Translations under genes and position numbers: made by a program | Shown: in pieces, positions 50,487 to 64,000 of the stretch | How the letters are laid out: each line of letters starts with the position of its first letter | Numbering within the stretch: position 1 is the first letter of the stretch | The notes under the pieces: model-generated | Database searches by the model: none | Told to the model about the DNA's origin: nothing | What the model saw: only the letters and a program-made list of their open reading frames with translations | Source of the DNA: Vicugna vicugna | Taxonomy: Eukaryota | DNA length: 64,000 bases | Assembly (NCBI GenBank): GCA_013265495.1 | Contig: MU058463.1 | Span: forward strand, 1,201,523 to 1,265,522 | Direction of reading: 5' to 3'

Positions 50487-52645
50487 TTAGTTAATGTGAT
50501 TCACTACATTTACAAAATTAAAAATAAAAGTTATATGGTCATCTCAATAGATGCATAAAAAACATTTGACAAAATTCAACATTTAGTTATGATAAAAGCT
50601 CCAAACAAAGTATAGAGGGAAATGTACCACAATGCAAAAAGGCCATGTATAACAAGCTCACAACTAACATCATACTCAAGAGTGAAAACCTGAAAGTTTT
50701 TCCTCCAACATCAGGAACAAAACAAGGATACCCACTCTCTTCAATATAGTATTGGAAGTCCTAGCCAGAGCAATTAGGCAACAAAAAGAAATAAAAGGCA
50801 TTAAAATTAGAAAGGAAGAAGTAAAACTGTTACATTTGAAGATGACGTGATTTTGTGTATAGAATACTGTAAAGACTCCATCAAAAAACTGTTAAAAAAT
50901 AAACAGATTGAGTAAAGTTATAAGATCCAAAATCAATACACAAAAGTCAGTTGCATTTTCATACACTAATAAAAAAAACTATCAGAAAAAGAAATTAAGA
51001 AAACCCATTTACAGTTGGATAAAAAATAATATGACACCTTGAAATAAATCTAACTAAAGAGGTGAAAGAACTGTGTTTTGAAAACTACAAGATATTATTG
51101 AAAGAAATTGAAGAAGACACAGATAAATGGAAAAATAGACCATGCTCATCAATTGGAAAAATCAATACTGTTAAAATGTTCATACTATCCAAAGCAATCT
51201 ACAGATTCAATGAAATCCCTGTCAAAATTCCAATGACATTTTCCACAGAAACAGTACAAATAATCCTAAAATTTGTCTGTAACCTCAGAAGACCATGAGT
51301 AGTCAAAGCAATCCTGATAAAAACAAAACTAGAGGCATCTTGTGCCCAAATTTCAAACTATATTACAAAGTTATAGTTATCAAAATAGCATGATATGACA
51401 TAAAGTCAAACACATAGATAAATGGAACAGAATAAAGAGCCTGGAAATAAACCAATACATATATAGTTAATTAATTTATGACAGAGGAACCAGGAATATG
51501 GGGAAAAGACAGTCTTATCAATAAATGGTGTTGGTAAAACTGGTCTGCCATGTAAGAGAATGAAATTGAACCATTATCTTACACCATCCATAAAAATTAC
51601 CTCAAAATGCATTAAAGACTTGAAAAGTCTAAAGTCAAACTACATCAAGCTAAAAAGTTTCTGCACAGCAAAAAAAAAAAAATATATATATATATATTTA
51701 CATATATATATATATATGATCAACAAAATGAAAGGGGGACCTACTGACTGAAAGTAAGTATTTTCAAATCACATATCTGCAAGAGGCTAATATCTAAAAT
51801 ATATAAAGAACTCACATAACTCAATAGCAAAAAACAAACAAAAGAAGCTAATAATCCAATGAAAAAATGGACAGAATATCTGAATAGACATTTTCCCAAA
51901 GGCATACAGTTCATCAAGAGGTATGTGAAAAGATGGTCAACATCGTTATCAGGGAAATGAAATCAAATCCACAAGAGGTATTACCTCACACCTGTTAGAA
52001 TGGCTATTATCAAAAAGATAAGAAATAACAAGTGTTGGTGAGGTGTGGAGAAAAGGGAACCATTATACACTATTGGTGGGAAGGTAAATTGGTACAGCCA
52101 CAGTGGAAAATAGTATGGATATTCTTCAAAAAATTAAACATAGTACTCGCATATGATCCTGCAGTTCTACTTCTGGGTATTTATCCAAAGAAAATGTAAA
52201 TACTAACTCAAAAAGATACAGACACTCCCATGTTCATTGCAGCATTATTTACAATAGCTAAGATATGCGAACAGCCTGTGTCCATCAATGAATGAATGGA
52301 TAAAGAATGGATAAAATGGCATGTAAAAAATAATAATAATGGACTATTATTCAGCCATAAAGACACATGAAATCTTGCCATTTGCAACAACTTAGATGGA
52401 ACTCGAGGGCATTATGGTAAGTCAGATAGGTCAGTTAGAGAGAAAAATGCCATGTGATCTCCCTTATGTATAAAATCTAAGAAACAAAACCAAAAAAAAA
52501 AAAGAAGAAGGAAAGAAAGAAAGAAAAGAAAAGAAACAGAGAACAAACCACAGACTCATAGATACAGAGAACAGATTGTTGCCAGAGGTCAGGGATGAGG
52601 AGGGTGGGAGAAATCTGTGAAGGGGATAAAAAGGTGAAAAAAATA
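50487..52645 (+). mobile_element. L1 ORF2 3' half plus 3'UTR, degraded
   Basis: ORF2-like peptides ([46 protein letters not shown]); approximate TSD agtttaa(a/g)ttta. Confidence 0.92.
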
Positions 52646-55144
52646 AACAGGAAGAAAAGTTTAAGTTTAGGAAAAAAATTTTTTTAGGTTTTGATTCAGA
52701 TTATTTACATGACAATTGTTAAGATTTTAATGGTAGCTTGAGAACTTTCAGTGACTTTTCATTGTTTGTAGTTTGTTATTTGATCATAATAGTAATGCCT
52801 ATTGCAAATGAACCAGGACACAATACCAAGTCGACAATCACAGAGTAAAAGGAACATATAAATGGGGAAAAAGGTAAACCAAAGCTTGTTTAAAGAGTTT
52901 GAAACAACTGAAGTGGCCAAGAATTAGGGAACAAATGGCTAATAAATTGATGTGGCTCCATTATATAACAGCTCCATTAAAAATCAAAAGATGGGTTTTG
53001 TTAAAATCAGAAGATGGGTTAAAAATCAAAAGATGGGTTTTATATATATTAACACAGGAAGAACTTGTAACATATGTAGAACATGATCTTTTACAGTGTT
53101 AAGGAAATAAAAATAACAAGAAAAAAGCCAATTTGTGTTTTATTCACTAATTTTTAAAAATGTATTTGTATGAACACAGCCAAATGCCTGAAAGTGTAAA
53201 TAAATACTCCACTGGTAACAGCTATTCACAACCCTGGGGGAGGTTGTGAAATTGAAGGTCAAAGCAGAGAACCCTTTATTTTGGACTCTGTATTCTTCTG
53301 AAATGTATATTTTTTCCATGACAAATGTATTTATTTGTTACATAAAATTTTAAAGAGAACTAAGAAGGAGGAGGGTGTGCTGCTTACTCACCCAATTTGC
53401 TGCTCCTTATCCATCTTTTTCAATGGAGATGATTTCTTTCATCACCGGCTTACTTCCACATTTTTCAAACATATTATTATTTTATTTTCCTTCCTCTTGT
53501 AGTTTCCTTCTTAGTAATATGTATTATTTGGGTTTTTACATTAAGCGGGTCTACTGGATTTATGAACTACAACCTGCATATCCATTATATATTATGGGCT
53601 GCTAGCTTTTTTAACTATTTGAGTTTGTAATACTTTGCAAAGTGTATTTATTTTTTCTGATGCTTAGAGTTCAACAGTTACTGTTAGGTAAAAACACTGG
53701 GATATCCAGATGGCTTTTGGAAATTTGTTGGGAAAACAGCATTTTATACAAATGAGGAAACTAACCCAGAAGCATAGAAAAAGCCATAAAATAAACATTA
53801 ATCACATGGAATTTGATTTTTTTATGAGGCAAAGGCTGTGATGGTTATATAATATTTCTCTTTATCTTATACTTAAATCTCCCACTATTTAAATACCCTT
53901 ATGAAATGGTTTACCTGTGGCTAATTTTGATCTTGATGACTCTGACCCACTTGGACAGAGTACATCATTGCACTAATTGTGTTCAGAAGACACTATTCTG
54001 AGTTACTCTCATAGGTCTACGGATGGAAGTGCTCCTGAAGTAAATACTCTTTTCTAGGAGTAGTAGTTGAAAGAGTCTTCTCATCTGTAAAATGCATAAA
54101 ATATATCCAGAAAAGTAGTACACCAGAAAAGAGAGTCAAATTGTATGGATTTTTGTCCACTGTTACATTTTAACCAATAGATTAAGAATAAATATGTTAT
54201 AATTACCTCTACCACATACTAAAACCAAAGGGAGAAAAATTACTGTAATTATTCTAACCACTCCCTCCCTCATCCTGCTTCTCTGTCTCTGTCTCTGTCT
54301 CTGTCTCTCTCACTCTCTCTGTAAGGATGTGCAGAGCTCTTGTAAGTTTGTTTTAATGAAATTCAAATCACTGCTCTATCCTGGGTAAAGAAACTCATTA
54401 AATAGAGTGGTTGCTAGAATGACTCATTCACTATCTTGGTTCACCTTGTGTGACAAGTATATTACATAGGTCATGAAAAATGACAACATGTTGAATTGCC
54501 CTAATTGAATCAATAATCTAAATTATCTTCTATCCCTTATTTGATTGTTTACCTCAAACCATTATAGCTACAATAATTTTAATATACTACTGAGAGGTAA
54601 TGTTCTTTTTAATATCTTAAAACTAAACTTCATGTTTGGAAATCTATTGACTAAAATACAACTTCAGCTTCACTTACACAGTCATGAAGGTAAATTGGCC
54701 TTTACTCTGTGTATTGCGGGGAGGAGCGGCTATTTCCTCCTTAATAAAAACTTTGGGGAGATATTTTTTGCTACTACATTATGAGGAGAGAAAGTCCACA
54801 AATGCTAAAAATGATATCCTAGGCTGATATATCTTATTTCAATAGTTCAGGGAAGAGTTTTACATTTTTAAGGTTAATTAGAGTTGAATAAAAAACAAAC
54901 AGCATGGGTTAACTTCATTTTTTTTTGCCATCTAATATTTAATCTCCTTTAGGTATTACTTTTATCTAACCTAGACGTAAAAGTTGGGACTCTTTTACTT
55001 GCACATAATAGAAAACCTTATCTAAACTGGCTTATTCAAGGCGTAAACTGATCACAAAATTGAAATATCTAGGTAATGCTAGTTTCACGCACAAATAGAC
55101 AGAAATATTGTCATTGGTAGTTTTGTGTGTATGTGTGTATTTTT

Positions 55145-56850
55145 TCTTCACTGTTTTAAAGTGTACATTTGAGCTGTTTTTAGCACATTCATAGAGTTGT
55201 GCAACCACCATCACTATATAATTTTAGAATATTTTCATCACTCTGGAAAGAAACCCCAAACTTACTAGTAAGCACTCCCACTGTCCCTTTCCCCAGTCCT
55301 GGCAACCACTAATCTACTTTCTGTCTCTATGGATTTCCCTATTCTGAAATTTCATATAAATGAAATCATACCATATGTGGGTAGCCTTTCATGATTTGCA
55401 TCTCTTTTAGCATAATGTTTTCAAGGTGCATCCGTGTTGCATTATGTGTCAGTACTCCATTCCTTTTTATGGCCAAATAACATTCATAGTATACTGTAAT
55501 ATATATGGATATATTACATGATGTCTACTCTTTCATCAGACAATGGATGTTTTACTTATTTTTACTTTTTCACTAAGATACAAGTCTATTCACTTTCTTA
55601 TGGTGTCCTTATAGTGCAAACGTTTTTAATTGTGTTGAAGCCCAATGTATCAATTTTTTCTCTTGTTGCTTATACTTTTAATGTCATATATAAGGAATAA
55701 TTGCCTATTCCAAGGCCACAAAGGTTTACTTCTGTTTTTTTTTCAAAATGTTTTATTTCTCACAATTAGGTCTATGATTCATTTTAAGTAAATTTTCGTA
55801 TGTGATATGAGGTAGGGGTCCACTTTATTCTTTTGCATGTGGATATCTATTTGACCCAGCCACATTATCGAAAAGACAAATTGTCTTGGAACCCTTATCA
55901 AAAGTAAATTGACCTTAAGTAAAGTTTTATTTTTGTGCTGTCATTTTCATTCTGTTGGTGTAGTTGTCTTATCCTACAGTGCCACCATACTGTCTTGATT
56001 ACTGCAGCTTTGTAATAAGTATTGAAGTTGGGAGGAATTGGTCTTCCAACTTTATTCTCATTTTGAAGATGGTTTTGGATATTCTGGCTCCTTTGCATTC
56101 CCATATGAAATTGAGGATTAGCTTGTGAAATGTTGACATTAAAAAACCTGGAATTTGCCATTGTGTTGAGTCTGTCAATTTGTAATAACGTTGAATCTTC
56201 CAAATCCTAATCATAAGATTATGTACTGTTTATTTAAGTATTCTCTAATTTCTTTCAACAGTATTTTGAAATTTTCAAGGCACAAGTTCTACACTCCTTC
56301 TGTTAAATTTATATCTACATATTTTATTCTTTCTGATGTTTCAGGAAATGGAATTGTTTGCTTATTTCATTTTCAGATTGCTCACTTCTATAGACTATAT
56401 AAATACTATTGATTTTTATATGTTGATCTTATATCCTGCAACCTTGCCAAATTTGTTTGTTAGACCTAATCAGTTCTGTGCGTGTGTGAGTGTGAATTCC
56501 TAAGGATTTTTCTATATACAAGATTATATCATCTATAAAAAGAGATTAATTTTTACTTTTCTCCTGAACAATATGGATGCTTTATGTATCTTTTTCTTGC
56601 CTAATTGATCTGGCTAGAACCTCTACAATATTGAGTAGAAGTGGTGAGAGGCTAGCATTCTTGTCTTGTTCTTGAACATGGCAGAGGAAGTATCCAATCT
56701 CTCAATATTAAATGTAATATAAATAAAGGGTTTTTAAAAATGCCCATTATCAGGTTGTAAAAGTTCTCTTCTATTTTTGGATTATTGAGGATAGTTTTCA
56801 TGAAAAGGTTTTAGATTTTGTCAGATGCATTTCCTGCAATGAATGACATT
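55145..56850 (-). mobile_element. Old L1 (L1MA/MB) fragments
   Basis: Minus-strand peptide PNFNTYYKAAVIKTVWW; L1 3'UTR at 55145-55560. Confidence 0.85.
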
Positions 56851-57114
56851 TCAACTATTGTTTACCTTGTGAAATTCTAATTGTTCAATCATTGTTATAC
56901 TGAAAAATGCTTGAGGCCCTTTTCTTGTCTTTTTTTTATTTAGCAGATGGAGAAAGAATATGATGGGTGAAAGCTCCCTCAGGAGATATACTCAAGGTCT
57001 TGAAATGTCAGAGGCAGACAAAATATGGGGATGGATTGTGTTTGTGAGACAGTTCTAAATATCTGAGTACATTACAGATCTGTGGGTCTGCCTTTTTTTG
57101 TTATATTCACTGGT

Positions 57115-59045
57115 TTGTTGTATTTTTTTAGATTCCACATATAAGTGATATATAGTATTTGTCTTTTTCTGTCTGACCTATTTCACTTAGCATAATGCCC
57201 ACCAAGTCCATCTATGTTGCTGCAAATGGAAAAATTTCATTCATTTTTATGGCTGAGTAATATTCCATTGATTATACCACATCTTTATTCATTCATCTGT
57301 TGATGGACAGTTAGGTTGCTTCCATATCTTGGCAATTGTAAATAATGCTGCTAATGAATCTATCATGAATGGGGTGAATGTGTCTTTTTGAATTAGTGTT
57401 TTTTTTTTCCAGATATATACTCAGGAGTGGAATTCTGGGTCATAAGATAGGTGAATTTTTAATTTTTTGAGAAATCTCCATTCGGTTTCCCACAGTAGCT
57501 ACACCAATTTACATTCTTACCAACAGTGTACGAAGGTTCCCTTTTCTCCATATCCTTGCCAACATTTATTATTTGTGTTCTTTTTGATGCTAGCCATTCT
57601 GCTAAGTGTGTAGTGATATCTCATTGTGGTTTTGATTTGCATTTCCCTGATGAAAAGTGATGTTGAGCATCTTTTTATGTGCCTATTGGCCATCTGCATT
57701 TCCTCTGTGAAAAGAAGTTTATTCAGTTCTTCTGCCTATTTTTTAATCAAGTTGTTTGTTTTTTTATGTTGAATTATATGAGTTGTTTATATATATATTA
57801 GATATTAATCCCTTATCTGTCATATCATTTGCAAGTAATTTCTCCCATTCAGTAAATTGTCTTTTTGTTTTGTCAGTGGTTTCCTTTGCTGTGCAAAAGC
57901 TTTTAAGTTTAATTAAGTCCATTTGTTTATTTTTCTTTTTATTTACTTTAGGAGATGGATCCAAAATATATTGCTGTAGTTCATGTCAAAGAATGTTCTG
58001 TCAATGTTTTCCTCTAGAAGTTTTATAGTATCTGGTCTTACATTTAAGTCTTTAATCAATGTTGAGTTTATTTTTGTATATGGTGTTAGAGAATTTTCTA
58101 ATTTCATTCTTTTGCAGGTAGCTGTCCAGTTTTCCTAGCACCACTTATTGAAGGGAATGTTTTTTCTCCATTGTATATTCTTGCCTCCTTTGTCATAGAT
58201 TAATTGACCATAAGTGTCTCGATTTATTTCTAGGCTCTCTATTCTGTTCCACTGATACATGTGTCTATTTTCATGCCAGTAGCATGTGATTTTGATTACT
58301 TTAGCTTTGTAATATTGTCTGAAGTCTGGAAGCATGACTCCTCCAGCTCTGTTCTTCTGTTTTGGCTATTTAGGGCCTTTTGTGTTTCCATATACATTTT
58401 TAAATTATTTGTTCTAGTTCTGTGAAAAATGCCATTGGTGTTTTGATAGGGATTCCATTGAATCTGTAGATTGCCTTGGGTAGTATGGCCATTTTAACAA
58501 TACTGATTCTTCCAGTCCAAGAGTGTGATATATCTTTCTATATGTTTGTGTCATCTTCAGTTTCTTTCATCAGTGTTTTATAGTTTACCAAGTACAGGTC
58601 TTTTGCCTCACTAGGTAGATTTATTCCTAGGTATTTTATTCTTTTTGATGCTATGGTAAATGAGAATGTTTCCTTAATTTCTCTTCCTGATAGTTCACTG
58701 TTACTGTGTAGCAATACAACAGATTTCTGTATATTAAGTTTGTTTCCTGCAACTTTACCAAATTGATGGGCTCTAGTAGTCTCCTGGTGGCATTGTTAGG
58801 GCACTGTCATGGCCTCTGCAAACACTGGTGGTTCTACTTCTTCCTCTCCAATCTGGATTCTTTTTATTTCTTTTCCTTGTCTGATTGCTGTGGCTAGGAC
58901 TTCCAAAGCTATGTTGAATAAAAGTGGAGAGAGTGAGCATCCTTGTCTTGTTCCTGATCTTAGAGGAAATGCTTTAAGCTTTTCATTGTTGAGTATGATG
59001 TTAGCTGTGGGTTTGTCATATATGGTCTTTACTATGTTGAGGTAT
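57115..59045 (-). mobile_element. L1 ORF2 3' part
   Basis: Minus-strand peptides [54 protein letters not shown]. Confidence 0.93.
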
Positions 59046-59068
59046 TTATTTGGTTTAGTATTAACTGT

Positions 59069-59115
<47 letters not shown>
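59069..59115. repeat. (TCTA)n microsatellite
   Basis: Direct read. Confidence 0.95.
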
Positions 59116-60214
59116 GCCTCATTACTTTATATGCGTTATCTCATTCAATACTGACACCTGTATGAGGTGGATTTTTTTAAATTTTATTTAGGAACTATGC
59201 AGAAACTGGGATTTATACAGATTATGTTACTTTCCCTGTTTACTAGCACTCAATTTGTTTCAGATAATTTTCTAAGTATTTTACACATGTTAATTCATAT
59301 TATGGTCACAGCAACCCTAGGAAATAAAAACACATACACACACACCCATGGGGAAAAATAATAACACATTTTACAGGAAAGAGTTTCCTGACCAGGGACA
59401 ACTTTTTTTTCTCCGTAAGACTAATCAAATATAATGCCTTACCCATACTTGCGTTCCAATGTGAGGCAGAAAACAGGTGCTCAAAATTCTTCATTGAGAA
59501 AATGGCAAATGAACAGAAACATGAATGAATAAAAGAATACTATATCCTTCTATTTTGCTTTTTATATAGTATAACACAGTATGTTGTAAAATATTGACTT
59601 AGAAAAGTTGATATACCAACTTATTTGATATATCCCTGTGTTTTACAGTCAAAACTGAGTGAAAGATGCTACAAATTTGTATCAACTTAATCACAAAGTT
59701 ATTTTTTAATGTTAAATGAGTGGAGAACATAGTTTTGGCTGGTTTAGTCAAGTTATCCCTAGTTCCCTAGCACCATGGTTACAGATACAAGTTTGGGTGA
59801 GATATGAGCTCTCATATCTGCACACTGAGCTCTGCCATGAGAACCACATGTAGCTCTGGGCTACCATAGCTTAAGATGAGGACTTCCTCTTCTCTTTGAC
59901 CTCCACTGCCAGACGGACTGGTTGTTTGGTTGAGAGGGAGGGGCCAGTGAGGTTGGCAGGAGTAAAAAGAGGAGAAGAGAAGCTACGGTGAGGACACCAT
60001 CATGTGGAGAAGGAGCATAGCTGTGGGCCCAACTAATAAAAATGATTGTTAATATTTATTTAGCATTCATTACATGCCAGTTTATCCTATGTATCATCAT
60101 ATTGTATTTAAATTTTCTTTATTAGAGCTCAAAACTAATGTGGAAGTCCTGTTTCCTGGAAAAAAAAAAGGAATTTCAAGTCTCTACTCTGTACAGAAAA
60201 AAGAACTCAGAGGA

Positions 60215-60602
60215 TGTATTAGTGCGCTAGGGCTGCTGTAACAAAGTGCCACAGATTGTGTGGCTTAAATAACAAAAATTTATTTCTGGAGGCTGGAAGT
60301 CTGAGATCAGGGTGTCAGCAACGCTGGTTTATTCTGAGGTCTCTCTCCTTGGCTTGTACATGGCTTCCTTCTCCTTGTGTCTTCACATGGCCTTCCCTCC
60401 ACGGCCCTTCTGTGTCCTGATCTCCTCTTCTTTTAAAGACACCAGTCATATTGAATTAAAGCCCACCTCCAAATATTTTACTTAACCTTAATTACTTCTT
60501 TAAAAGCCCTATTTCCAAATACAGTCACATTCTGAGGCACTAGGAGTTCAGGACTTCAGCATATGGATTGGGGCAGGAGGGGACACAATTCAGCCCATAA
60601 CA
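60215..60602. mobile_element. MLT1A/B-type MaLR solo LTR
   Basis: tgtattagtgcgctagggctgctgtaacaaagtgccacag...ggacacaattcagcccataaca; 5-bp TSD gagga/gggga. Confidence 0.9.
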
Positions 60603-60867
60603 GGGGACCATGTAGGGCTAAGGAATCATAGGACCAACGATCTGTGTTTACTACTCATCTTTTTATGTAAACAGATACCTCAGCCCCCATGCTTTGAAGG
60701 GTGTAGGGGAAATAGTTTCACAGCATCTCTTCTGTAAATCCCTCTTGAGTAAACTGTGGAGAAACACATTCCAAACAGGTGGAAAATTGTAAACACAGAA
60801 TCTTAATCTTCATTCTAATAAAACAGGAGATAATGCTGACCGTATTTAGTGAAATTCTTTAAAGATT

Positions 60868-61215
60868 TTTTCTTTTTTTTCTTTTTTTAAATTTATTTTT
60901 CCTGAAGTGTAATCAGTTTACAATATTGTGTCAATTTCCAGTGCACAGCACAATACCTCAGTCATATAGGAATATATATATATATTCATTTCCATATTCT
61001 CTTTAGTCATAGGTTACTACAAGATATTGAATATAATTCCCATGCTATACAGTATAAACTTGTTATTTATCTTTTTTCTATATAGTAGTTAGTATCTGCA
61101 AATCTCAAACTCCCAATTTATTCCTTCCCACTCCCTTCCTCCCCACTTCTGGTAACCATAAGTTTGTTTTTTATGTCTGTGAGTCTGTTTCTGTTTTGTA
61201 AATAAGTTTATTTGT
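60868..61215 (-). mobile_element. Camelid-type L1 3' end
   Basis: Poly-T head; same 3'UTR family as 37700-38200; approximate TSD tctttaaaga. Confidence 0.85.
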
Positions 61216-63194
61216 CTTTAAAAGACTTTTTAAAAAGCAGTTTGCTTAAGTTTTAATACAAGGCTAAAGTTATCACTCAAGGATATGAAAGCAATCAATT
61301 TGAAGGAAACGTAGTATACAGTCAATAGTTTTATAATAAATATGTTTGCATCAATGTAACTTTTTACATTGACATCTGTAATATTTTTTTATAAATGTGA
61401 AATCCCAAGCTTGGAGCAGTTCTTACAGATACAGGGGCTGTGTTTTATTAGGTAACAGAAGAGGCAGTCAGCATAACTGAGTCTAAACTTTCATCCAACC
61501 TTTTTCTAAGCTTAAAGTTTAGAAAAATGCATCAGGAACATCTTCACATGGTCTAATCTCTTATTCTAATAACCTTCTTACTTTATTTTTTGTTTTAATC
61601 TGTGTTCTCTAGAAAATAATTCTTAGTTAAGAACCAATTCAAGTGAGCTAGGAGTTCAGTTTATCTAATTGTTCATCTCTAAGTGGAACAGTAGAGGGCA
61701 CCCTTTCCTCTGTTAAAACATACTCTGTTTCTGAGTTGTGCTGTAGAAATATAAAGTATTGCCATAGAAAAATAATGCTCTTTTTATTTTTAGTATCTGT
61801 GGGCTTAATATCATATTTAAGTCATTTTAATTTTGATGATCCACAGAGTTACAACATATTGTGCTACATAATATTCAGCTTCTATGTTGCTAAAGTGGAT
61901 TCTAATATGCCAGAAATGGTAGTGTCACAGAGGAAAGCTATCCTACTCAAAAGCCAGATGTTCCCCTGGTACCATGATGGTGAACAAACACAACACTGTG
62001 TTTGACACTGCTTATGGTGTCTATTAAGAATAATCCAGCCTCAATTCCTGTGTTTAGATTTAGGGATAATTTATCTTGAATGTGTTCCCCCGTGAATAAG
62101 CACACTACTGCTAGATTCACTCACTGTTTTAAACAGGACTGAAGTGAGACTGGCCTAGAGGAGAGAACAGGGATTGGGGAATCAGTGAGGACCCAGCTAA
62201 TATTTATGTGGCACCTGTTCAGGTCAAGCACTCACCTAAACACTTTACTTACAGTATTTTGTTAACACCACGATCAGTCTTGCGATAGTCATTATTATTT
62301 TTATTCTCACTTTATAAATAGCAAGGATACAGTAATATGAGAGTATTAGATAATCCAACACACATTTTGTAAAGCTATGAAGGTCTGGTTTCATTCAGTA
62401 CAGGTGAGAAAGAATTAGAGTGGTTTCTTGAGGTTTTACCTGTTGTAGAGAAGGAGTTGGGATTGGATGCAATATTACAAAGATGAGGGAAATCAGTTAT
62501 ATTTTGAATACTAGGTAAACTTGAGAATATTCGGTGATTATTAAAGCATGTTTGTATTTTCTTAATTATAAACCATTATGCTGAGAAATTTGGAAAAAGC
62601 AGACTTTTTTTTTTTTTTTTTGGTGTGTTATCCCATCTGTGTTAACTAAATTGACAACGTAAGTGCAGACTGTGGTCCAAGAACATTTTAGGCTGGGATA
62701 GAAAAGAATCCAAGGGTAAATTAGAGCAGTAAAATGTCACAGATTTGATGAACTCCCAGGATAGTTGTGCAAAATTAAGAAGGGATGGAGAAACACTATA
62801 GGTCTTCAAGAAGGTTGCATATGGAATTGTGTGCAAGTATTCACAACACTTACGCAAACACACATATACACATGTACACAGACACCACAGAATAAACAGC
62901 AGACATTTGGAAAGTTTAAAAGAAAGCATTGTTTTTCTTGAAGATTTCCTGTCATATTTTTTCAGTCATTTATGACCATTTTTAAATAAAATATTTGTAT
63001 TTTACTGTAAATAGCAAAATAAAAATCCACAGAGGCTAACATATAATTCTCAGCACAAAGAATATTTTAAAGCTCAGGTATGAGCTAAGCTTAGTGGTAG
63101 AGATCTTATCATTTGTGCTTTCTTAATCACCAGGGAACAAATATTCTTAGTACAATTTTTAGAGCAGGAAAAACATTATAAAAATTTTGTAGCT

Positions 63195-63590
63195 TGAAAT
63201 ACTGCATGATATTATATGCAGAATCTGAAAAAGCCAGACTCATAAAAATAGAGTGGAATGGTGATCAGTGGCTGGAGGATACAGGAAATAAGGAGAGATG
63301 TACAGACTTGCAATCAGTAGACGAATAAGCCCTGGAGATCTAATGCACAGCATAGTGATTGTAGGCAATATCACTGTATCATAAGCTCCAAAATTGCTAA
63401 AAGGCTCTATCTTAATTGTTCCCACCATGAATAATAAATGATAATTATGTGACATGATAGAGGTGTTAGCTTGACATATTGTATACTTCAATACATAAAT
63501 ATATCAGATCAACACATTGTACATCCTAAACTTACACAAGATTATATGTCAATTGTATGTCAATGTTCTATATCAATTAAAAAAAAAAAC
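63195..63590 (+). mobile_element. L1MA-type 3' end
   Basis: aaatactgcatgat...ggagatctaatgcacagcatagtga...acattgtacatcctaaacttacac...poly-A. Confidence 0.85.
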
Positions 63591-63789
63591 TAGAGTATTT
63601 TACTAAAACAAAAGAAATAGCTTCTACTCAATTCTATCCTGTTAAAAGGTGCCCCCCTTGGTCTCCACCTCATGGTGTTCCTGAAATTTCCTCAATGAGT
63701 GTGGGAAGGATCTTTGACTTGCTTCTCGAAAATGTAAAAAGTAATTTTGACACCTCTCTCATGATCCCAGCAGTCTTGCTAGCCAACTT

Positions 63790-63990
63790 GTGTCTTCACC
63801 CCTTGCTGGCCTTGAAGAAGCAAGTCCCCGGGTTGTGAGAGGGCCTAAAAAGAGGCCTTGTGGCCTGTGCGAGTCAGAGAGGCCTCCAGGTGAAAGCCGG
63901 AAATAAACGGGTCCCTCAGTTTTACTCCTGCAAGGAAATGAAATCCATCAAAAACCAGAGTGAGTTTGGAAGTAGATCTATTGCAAGTAA
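63790..63990. mobile_element. MLT1E/F-like LTR fragment
   Basis: gctggccttgaagaagcaag...ccctcagttttactcctgcaaggaaatgaa...gagtttggaagtagat. Confidence 0.7.
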
Positions 63991-64000
63991 ATTCTTATAT

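Noticed and set aside
50487..59045. Reverse-transcriptase/ORF2-like ORFs (51062, 51560, 55898, 57517, 57764, 58135)
   Set aside because: Fragmented, frameshifted L1 remnants; no intact ORF2 and not host genes

Overview
Mammalian genomic DNA, most likely camelid (camel/alpaca), judged from the tRNA-derived SINEs and the young L1 3' ends. It is AT-rich and dominated by interspersed repeats (L1 of several ages, ERV/MaLR solo LTRs, MER63/MER5, MIR/L2, microsatellites). Almost all ORFs in the supplied track are repeat-derived or chance. A CpG-island promoter at ~21.1-22.6 kb (perfect CRE, CCAAT, GC/ETS box, strong minus-strand donor) appears to drive a spliced minus-strand gene running to ~1.8 kb. 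Its exons chain in compatible phases and show patchy similarity to the testis protein IQCM (recalled from memory, not searched). At least one exon has an in-frame stop, so this looks like a decaying IQCM-like paralog/pseudogene. That exon lies inside a near-perfect 2.77-kb tandem duplication (6892-9664 / 9666-12436), which is either a recent event or an assembly artefact. The window also holds several repair/retrotransposition scars: two short locally templated copies, a twin-primed L1, a TSD-flanked internally deleted L1, and a fold-back filler at an L1 5' junction. The right two thirds (23-64 kb) looks intergenic or intronic, with no confidently identifiable protein-coding gene.
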